DNA of 63,332 bases, filler included, from Octopus bimaculoides (GCF_001194135.2; 7 parts of 7 records of this genome joined end to end with filler, not necessarily neighbours in it); one strand, 5' to 3'. Shown: positions 13,085 to 25,630, counted from the first letter of the whole stretch. Program-made: numbers and translations. The notes: a model not told the origin generated them from the sequence alone.

Positions 13085-13860
13085 ATGAACCCTACCACTT
13101 GACTTCAACCCCAAAGAATACTGAAAAACAAAGTGAACGACAACTGGATTTGAACTCAGAATGTAACAGGCCATAGCTGAAAAGCACGAAGTATTTTATT
13201 CTATGCTCTACCGATTCTGCCAATCCAGTAATATACAAAGATTTACCAATGTGAAAAACAAGGCAGAGAGCTGGCAGGATGTTTAGAGTACAAGAGAGTT
13301 CAAATCTTGCCATGGTCAACTTTGTCTTTCATCCTAACTGGATCATAATAAAGTACCAGTCAAGTACTGGAGTCAATAGTACTAAACTACCACCCCCCAC
13401 CCCACTCACATTGTGCCTAAATCAAAAGCCATTATTACCATCATCATTATCATTATTGTGGCGACGTTCTGAGTTCAAATTCTGCTGAAGTCAACTTTGC
13501 CTTTCATTCTTTCAGGGTCGATAAATTAAGTACCAGTTGTGTGCTGGGTCGATCTAATCGACTAGGCCCCGTCCCCCAAAATTTCGGGCCTTGTGTCTAG
13601 AGTAGAAAAGAATATTATTGTGGCGAGCCGGCACATCATCATCATCATAGTGGCAAGCTGGTAGAATTGTTAGCATGCTGGGAAAAATGATGCTAGGCAT
13701 TTTGTCCATTTTTATGTTCTGTGTTCAAATTCTGCTAAGATCAACTTAACCTTTCATCCTTTTGGGGTTGATAAAATAAGCACCAGTTGAGCACTGGGGT
13801 CAACATAATAGACTTACGCCGAAATTACTGTGCCAAAATTTGGAACCAACATTATTATTA
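13085..13860. mobile_element. Cluster of family B (Nin-type) SINEs: one minus copy followed by three plus copies
   Basis: Repeated gagttcaaat..gtcaactttgcctttcat..ggggtcgataaa..gtaccag blocks. Confidence 0.8.
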
Positions 13861-14134
13861 TTGAAGAATTTTGTAGGTCTGAGATACATCAATTCAACAA
13901 ACCAAATCAATCATCCAGCTTGGATTTCCATTTGGAATCAAATTTCACTTGTGTTGACAAATTTTAATTTCCCTTTAGAAAAAACATAAAAATCATAATT
14001 CCTATTCTTATAATCAACACCACCATCACTCCACCTTTTCCCTAAATATTTATGATCTTATCAAAACATTAAAGCAATATAACTACTTGAACACAGAAAA
14101 AGAAAAAAAAAAAACTTGACCAATGTAGGTGCTG

Positions 14135-14621
14135 GCATGGGTGTATGGTTAAGAAGCTTGCTTTGCAGCCAGGTGGTTTGGGGTTCAATCTTACTGCATG
14201 GCATCCTAGGCAAGTGTCTTCTACTTATAACCCCAGACCATCCAATGCTTTCTGAGATAATCTGATAGACAGAATCTGTATGGAAGCCCATTGCGCATAA
14301 ATATGTGTTTGTGTGTGTGTGTGTCTTTATGTTTGCCTCCAACTACCACTTGACAATTAGTTTGTGTTGGTTTGTTTATGTCGTCATAATGGTTCAGCAC
14401 AAGAAGCCAATTGAAAAAGAACCAAGGGCTGATTTATTTGACTAAACCCTTCAAGACCGTGCCCCAGCACGGCTGCAGTCCAATGACTGAAACAAGAAAA
14501 AAGATAAAGGAAAAGTATGATTTCTCTGACCCCTTATCCACCTTGTGTCTTCAACTATAGCCTCGGGCCGACCAAAGTCTTGCAAGTGGATTTGGTAGAC
14601 GGAAACGGAAAGAAGCCCGTC

Positions 14622-14659
<38 letters not shown>
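14135..14659 (+). mobile_element. Family A SINE copy plus a second partial copy ending in (TA)n at a gap
   Basis: Head tgtatggttaagaagcttgcttt..ctaggcaagtgtctt. The second copy reads ctatagcctcgggccgaccaaag..gaagcccgtcg(ta)n. Confidence 0.85.
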
Positions 14660-14759
14660 NNNNNNNNNNNNNNNNNNNNNNNNNNNNNNNNNNNNNNNNN
14701 NNNTTAATTAATTAANNNNNNNNNNNNNNNNNNNNNNNNNNNNNNNNNNNNNNNNNNNN

Positions 14760-14894
14760 GGCAGGGTGGGTTCAGGGGGAGAGAGCAGATGCACAGTCCA
14801 CGGAACGTGCTCTGGCAAGGGAGGCGGGAAACGGCAGGGTGGGTTCAGGGGGAGAGAGCAGATGCACAGTCCACGGAACGTGCTCTGGCAAGGG
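14760..14894. repeat. Exact direct duplication, 73 bp period, inside the PLE relic
   Basis: ggcagggtgggttcagggggagagagcagatgcacagtccacggaacgtgctctggcaaggg starts at both 14760 and 14833. Confidence 0.95.
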
Positions 14895-15143
14895 CGGTGT
14901 GGATGGTGGTGGGGGGATATCCACGTAGGCTAAAATGGCGAGCCATGAGTTGAGACTGAGTCTCAAAGTCATGGCTGTCAGTATAGAGCCTGCGTAGACG
15001 GAGGAATTGGGAATAGGGGATGGAAAGCTTGGTGTGTTTAAGGTGGGAGGAGGAGAAGTTAAGATAAGAGTGTGAGTCTGTGTGTTTGTAGTGGATGGAG
15101 GTGCTAAGAGTGGAGTGATGGATGCTGACCGGCACACACAGAG
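14760..15143 (-). pseudogene. Penelope-like element (PLE) reverse transcriptase C-terminal/thumb fragment
   Basis: ORF 14845-15183 contains STSIHYKHTDSHSYLNFSSSHLKHTKLSIPYSQFLRLRRLYTDSHDFETQSQLMARHFSLRGYPPTTIHTALARARSVD. This matches the PLE pattern Y.KPTD..SYL...SSHP.H.K.SIPYSQ.LRLRRICS..DF......F..RGYP. Confidence 0.85.
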
Positions 15144-16796
15144 TGATATATATGCATGTGTGTATGTATATACACACACACACATTAGGCTTCTACACTG
15201 TCTCCCACTCACTAAGCTAGGTTTTTGCCTGAGGTTCCAGTAAAAACCCTTAAGATGCCATGCATGGGATTGAACCTAGATCTCATATATTTCAGTGAAA
15301 AAGAATATGAACAAAACCAACGTACCCTTGAAAGACTCACACATTCATTTATGATATGTTTGCAGTTATTTAAGTTTCTACTTTTAAAGCTTATTTGTGA
15401 AACCAATTTGAAGAAACCATTAGCATTATTGTAGTTGTTAGGCAGAATCATTGACAGTATCACCCAAAATTACGGTCTTTTATGTTCTGAGTTCAAATCT
15501 TAACTGGGCCAACATTACATTTTTTCCTTTTTTTTTTTTCATTTCAGAAAATAAAATGCCAGTCACGTACTGAAGTGAACTCAATCAACTATATTGTTTC
15601 CTTTGTGTTAATGGTAAAAATTTTTTAAATATTCATTAAAAATTTGAATTGATATTTTTGTCAAATTTAAACCTCATCAGATTATCACAAAACTTGCAGA
15701 GATTCTAACTATTTGTATAGAGAAAATATGCAAAATGTAAATTATTTCAAGTGAAGATGAAAGTTTTTAGCAGAAACATGTTATGATATGTAGACATATT
15801 GACGTAATTCTGTTAACAGTGACGCGCATGATATGGAAGGAGAGAGAAAAAAATCCTGTAACATACAAATTGTTGACATCAAAATTAAATTCCATAAAAA
15901 ATTTATAAATGGAGATGGTAAAAAAACTGTGCAAAATATACAAATACCTAATTAAACATGAAACCCCTCCCCCCCCCAAAAAAAATGAACAATGGGCAAC
16001 CTTCCACTGATACATAATATATATAAAACACCCACACACTGCAAAAGACACTAACAACAGTTAGAAGCATATTATAAGAAGAATGGTTATCATGAAATCT
16101 AATGTTAATGGAACAAAAGTGAAACCGTAGCATAAAAGCATTCTAATTGCTTGTACTCTCCGCCAAATTTTAAACAAATGTCCTACTTTACAATAGTAAT
16201 AAAATTTCATAACAGTAACAAAACCAGCAATGATAACAATTTCCTTTAACATTGGTACAACATGTTTTTGTTTTATTCTGGATGGTGAGGTATTGAAGAA
16301 TCAGTGATAGCAACCATCAATCAATTAATTATAATACAATACCAGTAATTAACTAATACTTTTATTTAATTGACCCTGGAAGAATGAAAGATTAAACCAA
16401 TATTAGCAGGATTTGAACTTAGAATGTAAAAAGCCAGAATTCATACTATTATGTACTCTTTCTAACATACAAAAAGTTCTGCTGCTGCTGCTACTGCTAC
16501 TACTACTACTACAAATAACAATAAATGATATTGGTTTCAAATTCTAACACAAGGCCAGCAATTTGGGTTAAGTCAATTTCATCAATCCCCAGTACTCAAC
16601 TGGTACTTATTTTATCAATCCCGAAAGGATGAACGGCAAAGTAGACCTTGGTGGAATTTGATCTCAGAACTTGATGGATGAAATGCCGCTAAGTATTTTG
16701 CCTGGCATGCTAATGATTCTGCCAGCTCGCTATAACAATAATGATAATGATAATAGTAATAATAATAATAGTAATAACAACAACAACAACAACAAT

Positions 16797-17351
16797 GCCC
16801 TGATGCAGTACCAAGCAGTGGCTCTCATGGCTCCTCATCTTAACTGACTGGAAGTGTTATCATGTACATTGTTTTTGTCTTGGTATAAAACTTGGGCTAC
16901 AGCAAATATTCTGCTTAATATCACAGATTTGCTGGTCAGTTGTTTGACCTTAACCAGTTGAGCATGTCCCTTGGAGGCTGACGATATGTGCATCTCTGAT
17001 CATGAGCAGAAGTAATGGGGGAGCATCATAGCCATGTGTTGAGAGGAATTCTTTGGGGTTTGGATAATTCACTTTTGGAAACATGGGTGTTTTGTTCAAC
17101 ATCCATAAACAACCCTCATTCAGGGACCTTTTGAGTGGGATGGGCTACTCAACCTGAAGAAAATTCTAACTGGGCCCCACCTGCGAGGTCATGCGCTGTT
17201 TATCTTAATATGAAATCACCATGTCGCGCACATATGGTTGTGATGCATGTGCCTGGTGTACCCTTATCAGACGGGTAGTCATGATGGGTATAATGGGCTT
17301 CGTATATTTTACTCCAGTGTCACTTTGATGGCATGCACTGCTCTCTCACTC
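16797..17351 (+). mobile_element. ~555 bp non-coding retroelement 3' end embedded in an (AAT)n array (possibly an R4/Dong-like LINE 3' UTR)
   Basis: Complex sequence ccctgatgcagtacc...gcactgctctctcactc, flanked on both sides by (aat)n/(aac)n and ending in (aat)n. The clade assignment is an inference from known TAA-repeat targeting by Dong elements. Confidence 0.55.
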
Positions 17352-17877
17352 AATAATAATAATGATAATAATAATAATAATAATAATAATAATCGATCGA
17401 TCCTGAAAGGATGGAAAGTGAAGTTAACCTCAACAGAATTTGAACTCAGAATGTAAAAACATACAAGATGCTGCCAAGCATTTTGCCCAACTCACTAACA
17501 GTTCTACTAGCTTGCCCTTGCCCCATTAATAATGAAGAAGATGATGACTTGTTAATAATAATAATAATAATAATGTTTCCTTTGTTATTATTATAAGTAT
17601 AAAGGGATCTTAGCCTGAGTTTACAAAATGTTTGGTAGCTCAGAATATGAAGCATAAAACAAAACACAAAATGAGCAACTGTAAATACATAGTATACACA
17701 TATAAGTTATAAGAGGAGGATCAATTAAGGACCTTTGATTACTATGAGTAAGTTCCCCTTCTCAGGTGTGTTTCTCTACAGGTATATGCTGAGGATAGTC
17801 TCATTCATTCACACTATGTTCATCACTCTTAGCCATTTCTTATAATTGGCTCAAGATTGCAAATCTTTAAGGACTGA

Positions 17878-17985
17878 GTGTAGCCAATTCAATTTTAGGG
17901 GTCAAGTATAGCCAGATCAACTTTAGTGGTGGAGTATAGTCAGTTCAAATTTAGGGGCTAAGTATAATTAGTTCAGTTTTAGGGA
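17878..17985. repeat. ~28 bp tandem repeat, about 4 degenerate copies
   Basis: Unit approximately agtatagccagttcaattttaggggtca. Confidence 0.8.
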
Positions 17986-18159
17986 TGGACTTCAAAACAG
18001 GTATCCACCTCTAGAATTCATACCAGAATGTAACGTACAAGATGTAGCCCTCTATCCTGTCCAGTATGGCAGTAATTCTGAATAATAAATAACTAGTCAT
18101 GATGATCTATCCAACTCATGCCAGTATGGAAAATGGATGTAAAATTATTATTATTATGA

Positions 18160-18335
18160 AATAAAGTAGTGATCTGGCAGAATCCTTAGTGCATCAGACA
18201 GAATGCTTAGCAGCATTTCTTCTGAATTCAAATTCCACCAAGGTTGAATTTGACTCTAATCCTCTCAGGGTTATGACAATGTAATCAACTTTCTCCCTCC
18301 CCTAAAATTGCTGGCCTTGTGCTAACATTTAAAAC

Positions 18336-18378
<43 letters not shown>

Positions 18379-18600
18379 TAGGTGGCAAGCCAGCAGAATC
18401 ATTAGCACACCAGGAAAAATGCTGAGTAGCATATTGTCCATCATTATGTCGTTCTGAGTTCAAATTCAGCTGAGGTCAACTTTAACTTTCATCCTTCCGG
18501 GGTCAATCAAATTAAGTACCAGTTGAGTACCGGAGTTGATGTAATAGACCTTCCCCTCCCTCCAAACTTGCTATTCTTGAGCCAAAATTTGGAACAATTA
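18160..18600 (+). mobile_element. Two tandem family B (Nin-type) SINEs separated by (att)n
   Basis: ggcag(c)agaatc..ttagc..gagttcaaattc..ttcatccttccggggtcaat..aagtaccag blocks. Confidence 0.8.
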
Positions 18601-19400
18601 TTATTATCATCATTATTTTTTTTGTTGCTATTTATTATCTATGTATAAATGTTATTTATTGTTAATGTTGATCTCATACCCTTTTACTAAATGTAAATCA
18701 CCCTCAACTGTTTCATGTTTGTTACTTTCCTTTGTGTTTTGGATTTGTAATGTTACTCAATCTCTTGGACCCTTATAAAAACAATAATGGTTTTTAATTT
18801 ATGAACAAGGGTAGCAATTTTAAGGAAGAGGGGGAGGTTTAGTTGGTACCATCAGCTCCAGTGCTAGACAGGTACTTTATTTTATTGATCCCTAAGGTAT
18901 TTCATTTAACACTGACTTCAAGTCCTTCATATTTTGAGTTCAAATCTCACTGAAGTCAACTTTGCCTATCATCTCTCCAGGGTCAATAAAACAAGTAGCA
19001 GTCAAGTACTTGAGCACAATCTCTTAAAATTGCTTGTCTCATGACTAAATTAAAAATAACTACTTCTACTGCAAATCATCACCATTACCATCATCAACAA
19101 CACCATCATCATTCAGTAACTATTTTAATTGCACACTTCCACTGCACTACTAAACAGACAGTTTTGTGAGCCTTAGGTATGTAAAGCATTTCGCTTTGGT
19201 TTCATACTTTCTATTGTACTGACAGTATTCCATGCCATATATGAACAGTACCAAGTAGTACCATTTTCTGTATGTTATGCATGTGTATACATCCTGAGGA
19301 TTTGTTTATATAAGTTCCTGAGATCATATTTATATGGGGTAAAGAGTCCTTTTAGTCACAAGTAACCGTAGGATTGCACTTAGGAAGTTCCTTCTGTATC

Positions 19401-19641
19401 ATAAGTCCAAGCAAGGTTGTCTTGTGGGAGACCAGCAGTCGCTCATGCATACTGGTCTCCCCACTCCATGCCACCAATGTCATCCAAGGGAAAGGCAAAA
19501 GCTGATACAGCTTGGCACCAGTGACATCACAACTCATTTCAACAGTTGAGTGAAGTGGAGCAACGTGAAATAAAGTGTTTTGCTGAAGAACACAACACAC
19601 AGCCGGGTCTGGGAATCAAAAACACAACCTCATGATTGCAA
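19401..19641 (-). mobile_element. tRNA-derived CORE-like SINE
   Basis: Reverse complement reads ..tgattcccagacc..ttcttcagcaaaacactttatttcacgttgctccacttcactcaactg.., homologous to 56941-57250. Confidence 0.75.
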
Positions 19642-19960
19642 TTATTTACGTCATTTACATTTGATGGATATTTGTCCTCATCCAAGTTTTGGATGCTGGG
19701 GCGGAAACCCACGCCGTCATCTCTTCAGTTATTTGGCCATTGAAAATTCCTATGAAAATGACCGTTAAACAAAGGGAAATTACTGTGTGATTGACCATTA
19801 TTAAGACAAAAGAGATATAGACCGCTAAGTAAGGGGACGGAGTAAAGGTACGGGAGTAAAAAAGTCCATAGTATTCGTGTAAGCGCACCAATCCGTACAT
19901 GTGCCTATATGTATATACTCAACCACCCACGCTTAAAACACATGCATGCTCCCCCACACA
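19641..19960 (-). mobile_element. Penelope-type terminal (pLTR-like) segment with a decayed hammerhead-like motif
   Basis: Minus strand reads CTGAAGA GATG..CATC C AAAA C TT, followed by gatgaggacaaatatccatcaaatgtaaat, the same tail as family D. The segment retains CpGs. Confidence 0.5.
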
Positions 19961-19964
19961 TTCA

Positions 19965-20220
19965 GCGCCCCTGGACTGGCTCTTGTGCGGGTGGCACATA
20001 AAAGACACCATTTCGAGCGTGGCCGTTTTCGTGTGGGTGACATGTAAAAGCACCCACTACACTCTCTGAGTGGTTGGCGTTAGGAAGGGCATCCAGCTGT
20101 AGAAACTCTGCCAAATTAGATTGGAGCCTGGTGTTGCCATCCGGTTTCACCAGTCCTCAGTCAAATCGTCCAACCCATGCTAGCATGGAAAGCGGACGTT
20201 AAACGATGATGATGATGATG
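19965..20220 (+). mobile_element. RTE LINE 3' end (family C), (GAT)n tail
   Basis: gagtggttggcgttaggaagggcatccagctgtag...gcatggaaagcggacgttaaacgatgatgatg. Confidence 0.85.
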
Positions 20221-20648
20221 ATCTTGTTTGTTGTTAACACAACGTTTTGGCTGATATACCCTCCAGCCTTTGTCAGGTGTCATGGGGAAATCTTGAACCT
20301 GGGTTCTCATTCCTAAGGTATTTTTTGATGTTGTAATTATTATTATTATTATTTAGGTTATTGCCTGGAATCGAACTCAGAATCTTGGGGTTAGTATCCC
20401 ACGCTCTTAACCCAAAGATTCTGAGTTCAATTCCAGGCAATGACCTTAATAATAATAATAATAATAATTATAATAATAATAATAATAACAACAACATCAA
20501 AAAATACCTTAGGAATGAGAACCCAGGTTCAAAATTTCCGAGACACCTGATGAAGGCTGGAGGGTATATCAGCCGAAATATTGTGTTAACAACAAACAAG
20601 ATATGAAGACAAATATCCATCAAATGTAAATAATTCCTCATCTCTTAA
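20221..20648. mobile_element. Head-to-head inverted pair of family D elements (tRNA-like head + AAT linker + Penelope-type hammerhead tail)
   Basis: Minus copy ~20221-20412 and plus copy ~20408-20648 are reverse-complement homologues that overlap by TAACC (20408-20412). Confidence 0.85.
20542..20587 (+). ncRNA. Minimal type-I hammerhead-ribozyme-like motif
   Basis: Stem I GACAC (20542-46); CTGATGA (20547-53); extra A; stem II GGCTG/CAGCC (20555-59/20570-74); GAAA (20575-78); palindromic A-TA-T; U at position 17; stem I' GTGTT (20583-87). Confidence 0.65.
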
Positions 20649-20960
20649 ATATAGAACTCATGATTGCAAGCCTGATGCTCTGTGAAAAAAAGCACCAAAA
20701 ACACACGGTAAGGTAGTTGGCATTAGGAATGGCATCCAGCTGTAGAAATCATGCCAAGGCTGACAGTGGAGTTCAGTGCAGCCCTACAGCTTACTCAACT
20801 CTGTCAAACTGTCCAACCCATGCCAACATGGAAAACAGATGTTAAATGAGTGATGATAATATGTGCCAGCTTAATTCTGTTGGTCATTATCAGAGCAAAT
20901 ACTGCTATTACAAAGGATTGTTATCAGTCTTCATTTTGTAGTTATCTCTATTTCTAAACC

Positions 20961-21359
20961 TTTACTCTTTTACTCTTTTACTTGTTTCAGTCATTTGGCC
21001 ATGGCCATGCTAGAGTACAGCCTTTAGTTGGGCAAATCAACCCCAGGACTTATTCTTTGGAAGCCTAGTATTTATTCTACCGGTCTCTTTTACCGAACCA
21101 CTAAGTTACGGGGACGTAAACACACCAACATCGGTTGTCAAGCGATGGTGGGGGGACAAACACAGACACACAAACACACACATATATACATATATACTAC
21201 GGGCTTCTTTCAGTTTCCTTCTACCAAATCCACTCACAAGGCTTTGGTCGGCCCAAGACTATAGTAGAAGACACTTGCCCAAAGTGCTACGCAGTGGGAC
21301 TAAACCTGGAACCATGTGGTTGGTAAGCAAGCTACTTACCACACAGCCACTCCTGCGCC
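20961..21359 (-). mobile_element. Near full-length family A SINE with internal CA/TA microsatellite
   Basis: Reverse complement gives head aggcgcaggagtggctgtgtggtaagtagcttgcttaccaaccacatggttccagg, internal (ta)(tg), and tail aaacaagtaaaagagtaaaagag. Confidence 0.95.
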
Positions 21360-21963
21360 TATCATTATCATCTTCAATGACTAGGCAGGCAGCACACTGT
21401 GTCCTTGAAGAAGACACTTCCTTTCATGTTATTTTAGTCTGCTCAGCTGAAATTGAGTATCAACTCACCCCCACCTCTCTCACTCTCATTCTCCCCTTTC
21501 AGCTGTACATCTTACATGTTCCACTCAGTCATGAGTGAGAGGGCCAAGAGTGTTTGTATGCCCTCTCACAACTATGTAAACACTTAAAAAAGTTAGTGAA
21601 ATCACGATACTCGTTATCAAATCATAATTGCTTCTATACATTTTTCATCATTCATCTTTTACTTATTTCAGTCACTGGACTACGGCTATGCTGGAATACT
21701 GCCTTTAAGGGGTTTATTGAACAAAATGACCCCAGTACTTGTTTTCTTTTAAAGTCTGGTACTTATCCTATCAGTGTCTTTTGCCAAACCATTAAGTTAC
21801 AGCGACGTAAACAAACCAACACTGATTGTCAAGCAGTAGTGGGGACAAACACATACATACAGATATACATGATGGGCTTCTTTCCATTTCTGTCACCCAA
21901 ATACATTCACAAGGCTTTGGTCAGCCTGAAGCCATAGTAGAAGACACATCATTTTCATTTTTG

Positions 21964-22003
<40 letters not shown>

Positions 22004-22384
22004 NNNNNNNNNNNNNNNNNNNNNNNNNNNNNNNNNNNNNNNNNNNNNNNNNNNNNNNNNNNNNNNNNNNNNNNNNNNNNNNNNNNNNNNNNNNNNNNNN
22101 NNNNNNNNNNNNNNNNNNNNNNNNNNNNNNNNNNNNNNNNNNNNNNNNNNNNNNNNNNNNNNNNNNNNNNNNNNNNNNNNNNNNNNNNNNNNNNNNNNNN
22201 NNNNNNNNNNNNNNNNNNNNNNNNNNNACTAATCCATGAAAATCCATTATTATTATCTTTATCTTATGATATTTACTTTGTATTATATTATACTTATTTA
22301 TTGTGCTTTTACTTATTAATTTTTCTATATGTGACTGTGGATTTTCATGGATTAGTTCATGAACTTTGGTTCTTTTCTCTAAAA

Positions 22385-22434
<50 letters not shown>

Positions 22435-23733
22435 TAGTTAAAAATGGGAATCAGAATAAAATAAATAAAATAAAAACTTTTCTCCAATTTTTCCTATTAC
22501 ATCACCATCATTGTGTTGATTGTTTCTAAGCCAGGAATTTAGAAATGGGGAGGTTAGTTAATACAATTAGTTCCAGTACTACACTGGAACTTACCATATT
22601 TTATCCATCCAGGAGGAATGATAGGCAAAACTGACTTTAGCTGGATTTGATCTCATGACCGAACAAAAACTGCAAGGCTTTTTTTTTTCCCTGGCACTAT
22701 AATGGTTTTGCCAGCTTGAATAATAGTTTCATTCATGGCTACAAGTTAACAAATAAGGATGGAGGGCCCACAAAATTGATTGAGAGGAGAAAAACAACCC
22801 CCACAAAACATGTAGTGAGATGATTTCTAAATTTGGCACAAAACCACACAATTTTGGCGAGAAGTGTACCTTAATAAAATAGACAGTTTCCGGAAGGGTC
22901 AAAGACAAAGTAGACTAACAGGATTTGATTTTGAAGCAAAAGTATTAAGAGAAAAAATTCTAACATAGGCTCAAGGCCAGAAATTTTAAAGGTGGAGTGG
23001 GTTAATTAGAGCAACTCCAGTACTTGACTAGTTCCCTATTTTATCAACCCCAGAAAGATGACAGACATTCTGCTGATCCAATAATAATATATTACTATGA
23101 TATATAATAATTTGCTAGAAATAGCAGCCAAATTCCTCTGAAATCACACCATGTTGGCTAAAAAAAAAATGATTAAAAAAAGGAAGGTCAAATTCGTCAT
23201 TATAATCACAGATGTACAAAAGGATGAGATGGTCCTGGTTGAAATGCCTTTGATCATAGGACTGATCAATCAAGGCTGACAACAATATCATCAGCAACCC
23301 ACCCTTTCTGTGTTAAGTTTATTTGATTATATATCTTTTTAGTACAGTAAAAATTGGTTCGTATGTCCACTCTTCCTCCATACCATGCCTGTCACTGTTA
23401 ATAAATTTATGTCAATATGTCTACATATCATAACATATTTCAGTAAATAACTTTCATCTTCAATTGAAATAATTTACATTTTGCATATTTCCTCTATGCA
23501 AATAGTTAGAATCTCTGCAAGTTTTGTGTTGTTATTACTATTAAGGTGGCAAGCTGGACGAAATACTTAGCAGCATTTTGTCTGTCTTTACATTCTGAGT
23601 TCAAATGCAAGCAAGGTCGACTTTGCCTTCATCCTTTCGGGGGGATTGATAAAGTAAATATCAATGGAGCACTGGGATCATTGTAACTGACCCTCTCCCA
23701 AAACTGCTGGCCTTGTACCAAAATTTGAAACCA

Positions 23734-23771
<38 letters not shown>

Positions 23772-24776
23772 GGAAAGTGAAGGTAGAGAGGTGTTGCCAG
23801 GTGAAAATGGCATGGTTTAGTGGGTTTATTCTAACAATGCTGCTGTCAGTTGCTTCACAGAACAGTGAAAAGGTACTTGCCTTACAGGTGTGGGTGTAGG
23901 TTGGGTGGGGATTGATTACACCAGGGTATTCTGAGGTTGTGATGAGATGTCAACATATTGAGTGACCTTTCCTATTAACTTTAAGGGTCCTTGCTTGATA
24001 CTATGAGGTTGTTACTTATTAGTATGTTTTTATTGTTATTATTGATTCACCCCCATCTCTTTAACTTAACGTACATTGATCCTATTCTTTCCAATTTTTT
24101 AAATATTTTGTATTTTGTCTTTGTAATGTTCCTAATCATTACTGAATCATTACAGCACCAAACTAAATGTTGTGTGGTAGTTTTACATCATTTTACATTC
24201 AGAGTTCAAATCAAGTGGAGATCAACTTTTGCTTTCCATCCTTCCGGAATCAAAAAAACTAGAGTACCAATGAAGTGAGTACATCAACTCATCTCTTTCC
24301 TTTAAAAACACCACTGTCCTTTTAAACACTTGCTTACAGCAGTGGATTTGTATTGTTAAAGCATTGAAAGAAATTGCAATATTTGCTCCCGGTTTTTATG
24401 TTCCAAATTCAAATGTTGCCTACAACTTTGCCTTTCATCTCTGTGAGTTGATAAAATAGTGCCAAAAAGATACTAGGAATTAATAACCTCAACTAAAGAC
24501 TTCTGGTACTTGAAATTTGAAACCTTTATAGTACAAAACCTCACAATTACAAAATAAATAAATAAATAAATAAATAAAAATTTTAAAAAATTAATTTTAA
24601 AAAAATTTAAAAACCCGTTAAAAATACAAAAAGAAATATTTAAATGATTCCCAATAGCTACTGGAGTCTAAAGCACCTGTCTGCAACAAGTGCCTTGACT
24701 ACTTAAAATGTAAGCAGTAAGTTTACATCAAACTGGTGTATATTGCCCTGCTATTACAGCTGTGCTGGTTACCTAC

Positions 24777-24829
24777 CTGCCAGCCAGCCAGCCTGAGGAG
24801 AGTAGGCACCACTTAAGAAATTTAGCTAA
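24777..24829 (-). CDS. Candidate small internal exon (LAKFLKWCLLSSGWLAG), unassigned
   Basis: Acceptor ctgtttcAG and donor GTaggt; only one frame is open. No homology recognised. Confidence 0.15.
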
Positions 24830-25592
24830 CTGAAACAGTAGTGAAAAGGTATTTGCCCCAGTACAATGTGTTTCAGAATATAATGCAACCTTAATTTCTG
24901 TCTCCACAAATCAGTTTATTTTATTTTCGTATTATTAACTGACAGAATTGTTAGGGTGTTAGACAAAATGTCAAGTAGAATTTCTTCTGGCTCTTTATGT
25001 TCTGAGTTCAAATTCCATCAGGGTCAGCTTTGACATCCATCCCTGCTTAAGTAGTCAGGTTTGATGTAATCAACTATTCCACCCCACCCCCCTGAAATTG
25101 CTGGCCTGGTGCCAAAATTAGAAAGTATCATGTTGTTTTTCCTTTTCTCTTTTTTTTTTCCCTGACACCCAGATATAATGCCACCCTCTCTCCCAATTTA
25201 GAACCTGAATGTTTTTGTATTAAATATCTCATATTATACGAGTTTAAATGGTATAAGTACATGAACAGCTAGTGTGGTTAAGAAGTTTGTTTCGTAACCA
25301 AATGGTTCTAGGTTCAATCTCACCAAGTACCATCTTGGCAAATGTCCAAATGTCTTCTATTAAAGAACTGAACTGATCAATGCAGTGAGTAGAATTTAGC
25401 AGGATACTGTGTAGAAGCCCACTGTAATACACACACATACATAAAAAGGTGCCAGATTGAAAACTACTGGGGTTAAGATTGACTGAACCCTTGAGAGTAG
25501 TGCCCCAGCAGGGCCACAACTATGACTAAAATCAGTAAAAGAATTCAACAAAGAATTGTTTGAAAAACAACAGTAACTGACAAGTTGCTAAA

Positions 25593-25630
<38 letters not shown>

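Noticed and set aside
14704-14715. TTAATTAATTAA embedded in N runs, also at 36972, 44181, 55392, 59185 and 61353
   Set aside because: An identical 12-mer always surrounded by Ns is a scaffolding gap marker, not biology.
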